From Acanthaster planci (Eukaryota), in the NCBI RefSeq assembly GCF_001949145.1, contig NW_019091360.1, positions 926,137 through 976,082 on the forward strand: a stretch of 49,946 nt of DNA, given 5' to 3'. Made by a program: the position numbers and the translations under genes. The notes beneath the pieces were generated by a model that saw only the letters and a program-made list of their open reading frames with translations, did no database searches and was not told the DNA's origin. Position 1 is the stretch's first letter. Each line of letters opens with the position of its first letter. This document shows positions 41,501-49,946 of this stretch, piece by piece.

Positions 41501-42200
41501 AATAAAACGTCGCAGTGACATCTCATCTATTCAGGGACAGAAGATACAGGAAGAAATCCTGCAACATGGTCACACCATTGTGCAAAGATTGCCCGATAAA
41601 CTCCTACAACTTTGTGGACAGCTGGTCCTATTTGGTGGAATACATGTAAATGGCGTAAGTTATATTACAAGTGTGAGTGGAACACGAAATCACGTTGTGC
41701 GTCTGTGTTCCACATACCACGAGGTCGAAGGTCAAGTATTAGGTGGAACACAGACACCATATTTTTCCATTTTGCTGGATAACAAATTTATCCTCAAGCA
41801 AGCTTGATGCACTTTAAAATGGAATATGTTCATGTACGGTAGGCTGTCCATGAGAAAGTACCAAACGCGCACAGGTCAAATAACAGTAACAGGCCACCAC
41901 CTGTACAACAATTCTGTAATATTATATATTGGTGAACAACACAAATTATTGATATTTTACCATGTGCCGAAAAGAAGGCAGTAGGGCCTACAACACTGTC
42001 TCACCTTCAACAAACTGCTCCCTGTCACTTATATGCTGTAGGTTTGGGAATGATTCGTTCACCTCAAGTTTGAGGCTGTCTTTCTTGCTGATGGCCTTGT
42101 AGCTGGTGTCATTGTGCTGCTGGGACCGCTGAACATTGTTTGCCCCCCTCGTCTTCTTCTCTGCCCCCTCGTGGGACTTACAGTCCAAGCAGTTCCCCAT
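23419..42200 (-). CDS. CCNY: Cyclin Y, complete spliced CDS (361 aa): complement(join(23419-23538,25420-25582,25880-26046,26905-27024,27735-27822,34975-35137,35863-35931,42005-42200))
   Basis: Phases join into one ORF: MGNCLDC...LQHISDRE...[11 protein letters not shown]...[38 protein letters not shown]...[109 protein letters not shown]...AISRLCEEK...AAIIS*. These are diagnostic Cyclin Y/CCNYL1 blocks; all introns are GT-AG. Confidence 0.97.
23613..24880. mobile_element. Probable hAT-like non-autonomous element spanning an assembly gap
   Basis: Left end caggggtcgaagt, right end taattttgacccca; subterminal gccag/ctactgggcc motifs; TSD not clean. Confidence 0.4.
23633..24141. other. Assembly gap (N run) in CCNY last intron
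   Basis: N characters. Confidence 0.99.
25075..25165 (+). repeat. Degenerate telomere-like (TAACCC-related) low-complexity tract
   Basis: ctaaactcttaaaccaaaccccaaaaccaaacacttaaccaaaaccctaaatcaaatcctctaacccaaactccaacccc. Confidence 0.6.
25420..25582 (-). CDS. CCNY: Cyclin Y coding exon 7 ([31 protein letters not shown]...ERAQTLE)
   Basis: ttctgcag acceptor, gtactg donor, 163 nt. Confidence 0.96.
25880..26046 (-). CDS. CCNY: Cyclin Y coding exon 6 ([14 protein letters not shown]...[27 protein letters not shown])
   Basis: aattcag acceptor, gtgagt donor, 167 nt, cyclin box. Confidence 0.96.
26571..26645 (-). mobile_element. tRNA-derived SINE head (degenerate)
   Basis: Minus strand agggcaggatagctcagttggtaaag...gaagttgcaggttcaaatctcactccagtca, with Pol III A box (tagctcagttgg) and B box (ggttcaaatc); no intact cloverleaf. 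Confidence 0.75.
26905..27024 (-). CDS. CCNY: Cyclin Y coding exon 5 (KDPLPDDY...[13 protein letters not shown])
   Basis: ctacag acceptor, gtaagt donor, 120 nt. Confidence 0.95.
27735..27822 (-). CDS. CCNY: Cyclin Y coding exon 4 ([30 protein letters not shown])
   Basis: tttttcag acceptor, gtaaag donor, phase 2/0. Confidence 0.95.
28109..28846. other. Assembly gap (N run) in CCNY intron
   Basis: N characters; the same motif ccccagatcagccac lies on both edges. Confidence 0.99.
29443..29500 (+). mobile_element. Fragment of the same tRNA-derived SINE family
   Basis: gaggtcgcaggttcaactcccactccagtcaatt is similar to the 26571-26610 copy, in the opposite orientation. Confidence 0.65.
33624..33666. 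repeat. (TACATG)n-like self-complementary microsatellite
   Basis: ggtacatgtacggtacatgtatacgtactgtacatgtacatgt. Confidence 0.8.
33950..34109 (-). mobile_element. Second tRNA-derived SINE family (head plus conserved body)
   Basis: Minus strand ...cccgggttcgaatcccacc...gtggattgggttgtcagttcctacctgattcggttggtttgcctg..., with a perfect B box GGTTCGAATCC at 34043-34053. Confidence 0.7.
34975..35137 (-). CDS. CCNY: Cyclin Y coding exon 3 (EVVRERRK...[24 protein letters not shown])
   Basis: atatcag acceptor, gtgagt donor, phase 1/2. Confidence 0.93.
35863..35931 (-). CDS. CCNY: Cyclin Y coding exon 2 ([23 protein letters not shown])
   Basis: ttcttgcag acceptor, gtgagt donor, phase 1/1, matches the PSxHPxxSTxFxxKSQT motif. 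Confidence 0.92.
37975..38082. repeat. (TACATG)n-like microsatellite cluster
   Basis: Runs of tgtacatgtacatgtaca with tacgtgta variants. Confidence 0.85.
41120..41245. other. Assembly gap (N run) in CCNY intron
   Basis: N characters. Confidence 0.99.
42005..42200 (-). CDS. CCNY: Cyclin Y coding exon 1 ([10 protein letters not shown]...[12 protein letters not shown])
   Basis: ATG at 42200, MG myristoylation-type start, conserved LQHISDRE, gtgaga donor at 42004. Confidence 0.9.
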
Positions 42201-43773
42201 TGAAGTCTTTGAAGTAGCCTCTTCACTGGTCAATAGCTCACACTGTATCTGTTGTGTGATGTCAGCACAGGATTTGAAGAAAAACTCCCGAAGTTTTGTA
42301 TAAATCTGCACACAGTTAAACATACGTACACACGATGACAGGTGTTAGAGGCATTAAACCAATTATCAGCATGAGAATCGATTCTCATTTGATTCGCTGG
42401 TTAAGTCAGAGTTAACAATTATGCACATAAACACACATGTAGGGTGGAAGTGGCATTAAGCAGTAATTAAGAGTTTGCATGTGACCACCACAAATGATAT
42501 GCGTATTATGGTCACATGACACAATGGTGACATCGACTGTCTATCCCAAAAGCGTGAAGAAAACGACTCAGTCCTTAAAATGAGGTCTCAGAAATCTGTT
42601 GAATTTGCAAAGCAAAAGGCGCATTCTCAAGTCCTGACCTACTGGTACATGTACATGTACGTGGCGCTTGTGAATTCCCTTCCCCTCCAAAAAAATCCAT
42701 GAACTCATGCAAAAAAAAGCCTCCCCTAGGATCTTACCTTCTCAAACTGCTACAAACTCAAAAAAATAAATTTTCTGTCCAAGTAACAAAACCCTAGCTT
42801 CTGGAACTAATATATCAATTATGATCATGTAAAAAGCTTCTCTAACAAGAACAACTGATTTACATCACATCTGACTTATTGAAACAAAAACAAAGGTCAT
42901 TTGAAGCAAAAATATATATTTGTTGTGACCGTTCTCTGAAAAACTGTATGGCATCTGAAGTACAACAAAAATCTGTTACAAAGTTGTAATATTTATAAGT
43001 TTGGGGGCAAAAATTGAAGGGTACCGGTGAGACCATAAGTGCTCAGCACTGATTTAAACTTCAGTGATATTCTGTCAAGTTGCGCTGTTGCTTTTCTTTT
43101 TTAATAATGACATTTTTTGATGCGGGCCCAAATCACATGCAGGCACTGACGAGACACAAATCTACTTTCATTAGCCTATTTTAGTATTATAGAGGACAGG
43201 CAGTGGCATAACTAGGGCTAAATATTGATATGCCACGTTGGGCAAGGACAGCACCATGGCACATATCCTCACACTGAGGACAAGAGAAACATAACAGCAC
43301 ACATACTTGCGCCTGTCATACCAACACTGACTAATAATTGCACAATTTGGCATACGGCTTGATCAGTGTACGAGTTGGCACATGAGTTGACCAGCATTCC
43401 TACATGTACATTGTACAAATGAGGATGGCAAACACTACTGCACACTGCAATAGGACTGACCCAACTTACATGTAAGTGCCTTCGGTTGGGACCCTTTTAT
43501 AATACTTATGGCATAACAAAATTACTTGGTTTCATTCTCAGATATGTCAGATGAAAAAAATGTTACAGAAAAAAGGGGGAAAGAGTTCCATATGGACACC
43601 ACTTGTATGACAAAAACAAGGGTTTTCTAAGTAAATGCTTCGGAATTTTCCTAGCTAAATTTCACTATGTGGGACATGTTATCACTTTCTGACGGCTGCT
43701 TTAACATTTTAAGGGAAAAATTAGTGTTGTCCGTATATGGAACTTCCCAAGTACAGTTGTACATGTAGGGGTC

Positions 43774-43863
43774 TAATGTGTGTGATCGTATAGTCACCAG
43801 GTCCCTTATTTAACAATAGGTGGCAAAATTAGGGACCTGGCGACTATACCATCAGGCACGTTA
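43774..43863. repeat. ~90-bp imperfect inverted repeat (hairpin/mini-MITE)
   Basis: gtatagtcaccaggtccct (43788-43806) / agggacctggcgactatac (43831-43849), 18/19 paired, extending imperfectly outward. Confidence 0.75.
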
Positions 43864-43992
43864 TGGCTACACTACTTTGCTAGCAATATGCATGCCTAGC
43901 TTTAAAACTGACCCAAGAACTCAGAGTTTAACATGTCATGACATGTCAAAGTAGGCTTGTGAAGCATGTGAAGTAGGCCTACAGCATGGTAT

Positions 43993-44339
43993 TGTTACGC
44001 CCTAACTACAGCATAAGTCCCAACTATAGTTGGGACAGTCCCAACTGCAGTGCTGCATTTGGGCTGGCCCAACTATTGTTGACCAATGTCTGTGGGAAAT
44101 GTCTCAACATTATCCAAGTCAATGTGTCTCACACTTGACACAATTCATCAAAGATGTGGCACTTAGCCCTATGACCAATGACATGACATTTGTAAACAAT
44201 ATGACTTTGGCACATGCTGGGCACATCACGCACACAGGACCTCTCTGCTGTACATGTAGTTGGGCCGGCCCAACTGTAGCACTCTAGTTGGGACGGGCCC
44301 AACTATAGTTGGGACTGATGCTATAGTTAGGGCGTAATA
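43993..44339 (+). mobile_element. MITE with TGTTA...TAA(C/T)A termini, copy A (possibly Ginger-like)
   Basis: TIRs ttacgccctaactacagcataagtcccaactatagttggg / cccaactatagttgggactgatgctatagttagggcgtaa; near-TSD gtat/gcat; internal 16-bp palindrome cccaactatagttggg. Confidence 0.85.
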
Positions 44340-45099
44340 GCATCATTGCCTCATGAAAATCTCAGAGAATTTTATCACCTAAAATTTCCGAAAGAGTGAG
44401 TAGGTGTGCCCTATTTAAAAAGTTCGCTTGATCTTGCTTTCTATGGCCATTTTCCATTACTCAACTTTGTCTCCGTCTCAGGCTTCGTTCCCAAAACCAA
44501 TCCCCGATTGTGGACCTGAAACGCTTAAATTACATGTACATTAGATTACTGTATTTTTTGGCATTCTTGCATCTTATTTGATGTTCTGTGGCACTGATAT
44601 TAACCACGATACATGTAACTGCCATGACTGCACTTACACTGTACATGACTTACAGCTTCAAAGTCAGCTAGTAAACAAACAGTTGAAGCCTGAGACGGAG
44701 CCGAAGTTGAGAACTGGAAAACGGCCCATGTTTTCCTGCACTGAAGCCTCTTAACTAACAATGCTACTGCTAATGTTACCTGGTGGTAGGCGTCCACTTA
44801 CCTACCTCATCATGCTCATCGATGGTCCATCATGATCATGTCTGTGTTCAGATCACATGGCACAAAGAATCTAGTTCACAAACCTTATTTATGAACGAAT
44901 TGAATTCCTCCTCTTTAGCATTATCGGCATTTCACTTCCCCTGCCATGGGACACGTCGATGTAAGAACCACAACTTGGATATCAAGACAGTCCGAGCCCG
45001 GCTTAAGTATGTTTAGACCCTGGCAAATCGCATGTGTCACCAGTCAGTGAAACATGTACATGTCTGATGTACATGTACGTTGAACGTTCGTTGAACCAC

Positions 45100-45520
45100 A
45101 GCACTTTTACGGTGTATTTGGGAGACTGGTTCCTGATTTACAGCAGGCAGCATAGGCTTTGCTAGGAGGCTCGAACCAGACTAATGCAATTCCACTGCTA
45201 CTCGAGGTAGCGGCAGCGGCTCTGTGCATTTCCTATGGATTGACGTGCCAATTTCTAGCCGTAGCCAAGGCTTGCGGACATCGAGACGGCCCATGCATGG
45301 ATTGGCTGAAATCATTCAAGCGTAACGACGTCTGGGTAGAAAGTCTGCATTGGGTGGCTACGGAAATTGGTGTGTTTTCTTTGCATAGAAGTCCATTGCC
45401 GCACCGTGCCCTTGTGGGTGAATTCACCGACTCGACCCAGCGTTGCGTGTGGATGTCGATATTCAGAGTTAATACCGTGCCGGGCGATATTGGCATGTTG
45501 GAAGGCTAAACTTTAACTTG
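45100..45520. promoter_or_regulatory. CpG-rich putative promoter/TSS region of Cyclin Y (possibly bidirectional)
   Basis: Locally high CpG density against CpG-poor gene bodies; TGACGT at 45241, CCAAT at 45248, ATTGG at 45301; about 3 kb upstream of the CCNY ATG; candidate non-coding exon donor (minus-strand gtaagt) at 44801. Confidence 0.5.
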
Positions 45521-46272
45521 TTTAAGCCATGGGATGCAAGTGCACGTCAACTTTTCATAAATCATGTGCTGTACTTATCGTAGACCTACTACTGGTCTAG
45601 TCCTACGACTAACGTTGAGGTTGCTGCCAAGTTCTAACGCTATATGTTCTAGAAGTCATGTTCATTTTGCCTTTGACATGTTTACAGTTTGAGAAAAATT
45701 CTTCCAGGCCTCGGCCTTTTTTAATTTTTATGACATATTGAACCGCCTGGCTGGACCTGTGTCTTCGTTCATTCATGGACACACTCACAACTGTTTAAAA
45801 GTGTTTGCCATAACGGTATTGGCCAGCTAACGTTAGTAGGCCTAGGCCTACACTAACTTGACCAAGTTTTCTGGTCACAAAATATGATGGAGCTGTATGG
45901 GGTAGGTATATCATTGATTTTATATTAAATTTATTGCAATATCACTAATCCAGCCCTGCAGTTAGCATGGTGATGGTTCGGTGTAAGACTAAGACTAGTT
46001 CTGTATACAGACATCACTCATTTTTCCTTGCAGTAACATATCAGCCATCAGAAAGTGACAACTTTTCCTTAGAAAATGCCAAATTTATCTAGGAAAATAT
46101 TGAAGTGTTTACTTAGAAAATACTGAGTTTTTCAGACCAGTCTCATAGGGTTTGTGCACAGGGTGCCATGTGATGAACTCTTTCTTTTGTTTGGTGCCAT
46201 GCATTTGGCAGCATTAATGCATGTAATGTGCATGTGTTGGACTTTAAAGTTGTTTGGAAGATCTCATGTTTG

Positions 46273-46617
46273 TGTTATGTCCCAACTGTAGCATCAGTCC
46301 CAACTATAGTTGGGCCCATCCCAACTAGAGTTGGGGCCCGTCCCAACTACAGCAGAGAGGTCCTGTGTGCATGATGTGCCCAGCATGTGCCAAAGTCATA
46401 TTGTTTACAAATGTCGTGTCATTGGTCATAGGGCTAGATGAACAGATAAAGTGCCACATTTTAGATGAATTGTGTCAAGTGTGAGACACATTGACTTGGA
46501 TAATGTTGAGATATTTCCCACAGACATTGGTCAACAATAGTTGGGCCAGCCCAACTGCAGCATTGCAGTTGGGACTGTCCCTATAGTTGGGACTTATGCT
46601 ATAGTTGGGGCGTAACA
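46273..46617 (-). mobile_element. MITE copy B, inverted relative to copy A
   Basis: Reverse complement of 43993-44339 over its full length, with small indels; termini TGTTA...TAACA; near-TSD tttg/ttta. Confidence 0.85.
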
Positions 46618-47709
46618 TTTATAATAGTAAAAAATAGTGATTGAGTACTTGCATGGTCTCTTAGAATTTGGATAAGCTGAAATCAAGAATCAAATAGGGT
46701 TGTGATTCTTTTCCTTTTGCCAAAATGTTGTTTCCTTTTAAATTTTCAATGAAATGTACTTTTGGGGGGCTATTCATGACTTTGAACATGTTGGGTTTTT
46801 TTTAAAGGAAGTTAAGAATAGGAAACGATTCCTAACATTTTAGGCACATTTCTGACCACTGGTTATTTATTGCCAAACTGCTAATGTCTGTTGGACATTT
46901 TGGGCATATGTACGTGTGTATTTGGGGCATGATCAGCTAGTGCAGTTGGTCGATCAGGCACGAAGTCTGCAACATCCCTTTTTTTAAACAGTCTTCACAA
47001 CCATGAAATACAAACAAAAGGTGCTTGGCTGATGGTGGAATTATTCACAAATCATGGACTAAGATCAGGTGATCGCACATATGTTGAATGATCACACCCA
47101 CTATGTACAGGTACATGTGCATATATATTGGTTTGATCTTTGCATAATCTGTTGATATTATTGCACAATTTACCAATAATTCTGCTGTCACCTGATTGCC
47201 TTTTCTTTCTAATTTGTGATTGTGGAAGATTAGTTTAAAACAAGGGAAGTGAAGTCGCAGATTTCATACTAGATTGATTAATAGCACAGTTTGATCGCAT
47301 CATATGCTGATGGACTGATTGCATGTACATGTACTTTGTACGGGTACGTGCACAGCTGTTTACCATTGTATGCATTTGGACCATTAATGCCCTCCTTTAA
47401 ACTTTGCTTCCGTCCAAATGCCTTGAGATCCCATTGTTATATTTTTCAAGCACGGATACAATTGGGACTTTCTTTGAGCGAAATTTCCCCCCAAAAACGT
47501 AAAACTTTGCAGCTCAGGAGGGGCCAAAGATCAAAGTCCATTTTGTATGACCTTATGTCGAACTTTGATCTGTTATCACATAATATGCAAACGGGATGAT
47601 TTCTTGGTTATGAGCTTAAATTTAAGATGAATATCATCTTTGTCTGACATTCTAGTCTGAAAATACAGGAGTTTAAACTTATGGAGAAAAATTGGTCAAA
47701 GTTCAGACA

Positions 47710-47762
47710 ACTGTTTTGGGTCATGCAGCATGTGAGTTACATGCTGCATGACCCAAAACAGT
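47710..47762. repeat. Perfect 24-bp inverted repeat with 5-nt loop
   Basis: actgttttgggtcatgcagcatgt-gagtt-acatgctgcatgacccaaaacagt. Confidence 0.95.
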
Positions 47763-47957
47763 AAAATTTGGGTTTGGGAGTATTCTCATCGTTGTGTGAA
47801 AACAATCTCAGCAGATTTCACACAAACCCTCGAGATTGACACCAGAAAGTGTTTGATTTGATAGGGAATTTGATAGGTATTAAGTTGAAAAGACACTTTT
47901 TCCGTACAGCAGTGCCCTCTGTCCTGTAAGTCTCTCTTCATTTTGTTCATCCCACAG

Positions 47958-48179
47958 ATACCGAGTTCAGTGCGGCCAACTCTCCCATCCAGACTGATTG
48001 TACTTGCTACCATTTCTCTCATGGTCCTCCTGCAGACCTGCATCCTCATGATGTCCAGCACAAAACAGCAGAGCAACTCTCACAAATCAACCAGTGCTGG
48101 AGCAACAGATCATGGCTTATCTAAGTACCCATTCTTAGACGACCCTCAAGCCATCAAATACATTTCCACACAAATAAAG
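47958..48179 (+). other. Candidate exon of an unidentified + strand gene or pseudogene
   Basis: Pyrimidine tract plus cccacag acceptor, AAG|gtagca donor, 222 nt, one open frame with hydrophobic stretch LIVLATISLMVLLQTCILMM; no recognisable homology. Confidence 0.3.
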
Positions 48180-49025
48180 GTAGCATGCTCGTCATTTGCA
48201 AGATACATGAATCTGACATTATCTGTTTGTAAAAATTAGATTTTCTCTATACCTCCTGCAGTCATATGAAAATTCTGTGTTGTGTAAAGGCTGATTCATA
48301 CCTGGATGTCACAAAGCCTTTGTGAATATTGGATACGACATTACAATTTTGTGTTTGTGTGTATTTTCACACAAAGTATCAGTCAGGTTTATTGTGTGTT
48401 TTGAAATGCTTAATACTTTCCAAATCCTAGTTTCCGTGTGGTCACTTTCGTACATACATGTATGTGTGTGGAGGGATTTTACAGGTGTCAGAGAGTCCAA
48501 CAACTACTTAAAAGGCATTACCTGAGGTGTTTTTGCAGAGTGATTTGCCAGCAATAATATTGTGTACAACTATGCAAACAAGGCAGAGGTGGAAAGTTGA
48601 TGAACCACCCTTTAAAATAAAATGGAAACGGCATTCACAGTTGATTATGGACAACCCATTTGAAGATAAGTTTGTAATACATCCTGGCCGTTTAAGAAAT
48701 GTGTGAATAAAATTTCCTGAGATGTTACAGTAAGACGTCTTGAATGCTTTGCTATGTAAACAGTTTGGTAAACAGTATTTCTTGACAGCTAAGTACACAC
48801 AGGGCCCTTTTTAAAAATTGTTTGCAATTTAAACATTTTCATTAAAACCGTGGCTGGAACATTTGAATCTACAGATTTGACATCGATAATCCATTATGGT
48901 AAACTGTTGTGGCATGTAGAATTTGTCAAATTATTTAGTTTTTGTTGGGGGGGTTAAGGTTGACACAAGCTCAGCACTCTCTTCTTACCGGACTCAAACG
49001 TTGCAGAGTCACTTCCTCAGCAGCC

Positions 49026-49140
49026 ATTTTTGGCGAGCTGTGAAGCAAGTGCGAGCCTATGTAATACCGATTTCCGTCTTCTGTGCGTCCGTCCGTCTGT
49101 CGGGGCGGCCGGCCGTCCGCCCTCAAATGTTAAAGTTTTT
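49026..49140 (+). mobile_element. End of a DINE-1/Helentron-associated (HINE)-like element
   Basis: T-run start, short core (ggcgagctgtgaagcaagtgcgagcctatgtaatacc), then a GTCY microsatellite gtccgtccgtctgtc, the layout typical of DINE-1-like elements. Confidence 0.5.
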
Positions 49141-49316
49141 CCTTGCAGATCCATAGGTGTTAAAATGTGCCATTGAGTGCTTGTTTGCTTCTTGGAGTTC
49201 CATCAGTATTTAAATAGTCTCATATTGCATTAATGCTTAGAAACTTACAAATTTGATGAAAAAATTATACAAGTTGAATGTTAACCTTTTGAGTTGTATT
49301 GTGTACTGAACCTTAA

Positions 49317-49946
49317 GACGGACGCATTGCATTCTTGGATGTCGAGGTTTCAAGACTACCAGACGGCACCCTATCCCGCACAGTGTATAGGAAGCCAACA
49401 CACACCGACCGCTACCTGAACAACCGGTCATTCCACCACCCCAGCATCAAGGCCTCCGTCAACAGAACCCTCGGGTGTCGAGCATACAACATCTGCGACC
49501 AAGACCACCTACAATCAGAACTCCATCACATCTCCACAGCACTACAGCAGAACGGGTTCAAGTCAAGACAGATCAAGACCCTAGACCCCCCCCAGACCAG
49601 CGGGTCTCCTATGCCCAAGGTCAACCCATTAGGCACATTAGTTCTGTCACCCTCCCCTACATAGGCAATATATACCTCCCACTGGATCCAGCGCATCCTT
49701 CAACACCATGGCATCAAAGTCTTCCATACCGCCCCCAACAAGATCAAGGCTACTCTCCAGTCTCACAAGGACAAACAAGGCCCCAAGACCAAGCCAGGGG
49801 TCTACAGGATCCCCTGCGAATGCGGCAAGGTGTACAGAGATCTCACTACCAGACTCAATGAACACCGAGCCCAACGATGATGGGGGGATCTCGAGAAATC
49901 TGCCATCATCAAATACTCCAGCACTGAAGACCACCAAGTCCACTGG
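49317..49946 (+). mobile_element. Penelope-like retroelement, 5'-truncated and decayed (RT C-terminal/thumb, linker, GIY-YIG endonuclease); runs off window end
   Basis: AFLDVEV...TVYRKPTHTDRYLN..SFHHPSIK; frameshift; VTLPYIG; frameshift; IQRILQHHGIKVFH...KPGVYRIPCECGKVY/RDLTTRLNEH, then in-frame TGA. Confidence 0.92.

Noticed and set aside
41415..41807. 130-aa ORF antisense in a CCNY intron
   Set aside because: TTG start, no homology recognised, no splice signals
45159..45509. Overlapping 116-aa and 87-aa ORFs
   Set aside because: Expected by chance in the GC-richer promoter-like segment
43989..46621. Composite transposon formed by the two MITEs
   Set aside because: Outer flanks (gtat vs ttta) do not form a shared TSD; each copy has its own
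47926..47957. Micro-intron gtaagt...cag
   Set aside because: 32 nt is too short for a normal metazoan spliceosomal intron

Overview
Animal (invertebrate) genomic scaffold with four N-gaps. It is AT-rich, and the gene bodies are CpG-poor with very frequent TACATGTA motifs. The repeat landscape looks echinoderm-like, possibly sea star; this is an unverified inference. Two spliced genes converge. (1) On +, the last 8 coding exons of a front-end fatty acyl desaturase (FADS1/FADS2 family, 1117-10589); its 5' exons lie upstream of the window. (2) On -, a complete 8-coding-exon Cyclin Y gene (42200-23419, 1086 nt CDS, 361 aa). A CpG-rich putative promoter near 45.1-45.5 kb is bracketed by two inverted copies of a TGT...ACA MITE. 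Other elements are a hAT-type MITE with a perfect 8-bp TSD, tRNA-derived SINE remnants, a DINE-1/Helentron-like end, a decayed Penelope-like retroelement running off the right edge, a 4x15-bp array of AP-1 sites and several perfect hairpins. Almost all ORFs in the supplied track are spurious. I found no convincing wholly new biological system; the findings are moderate-interest leads.
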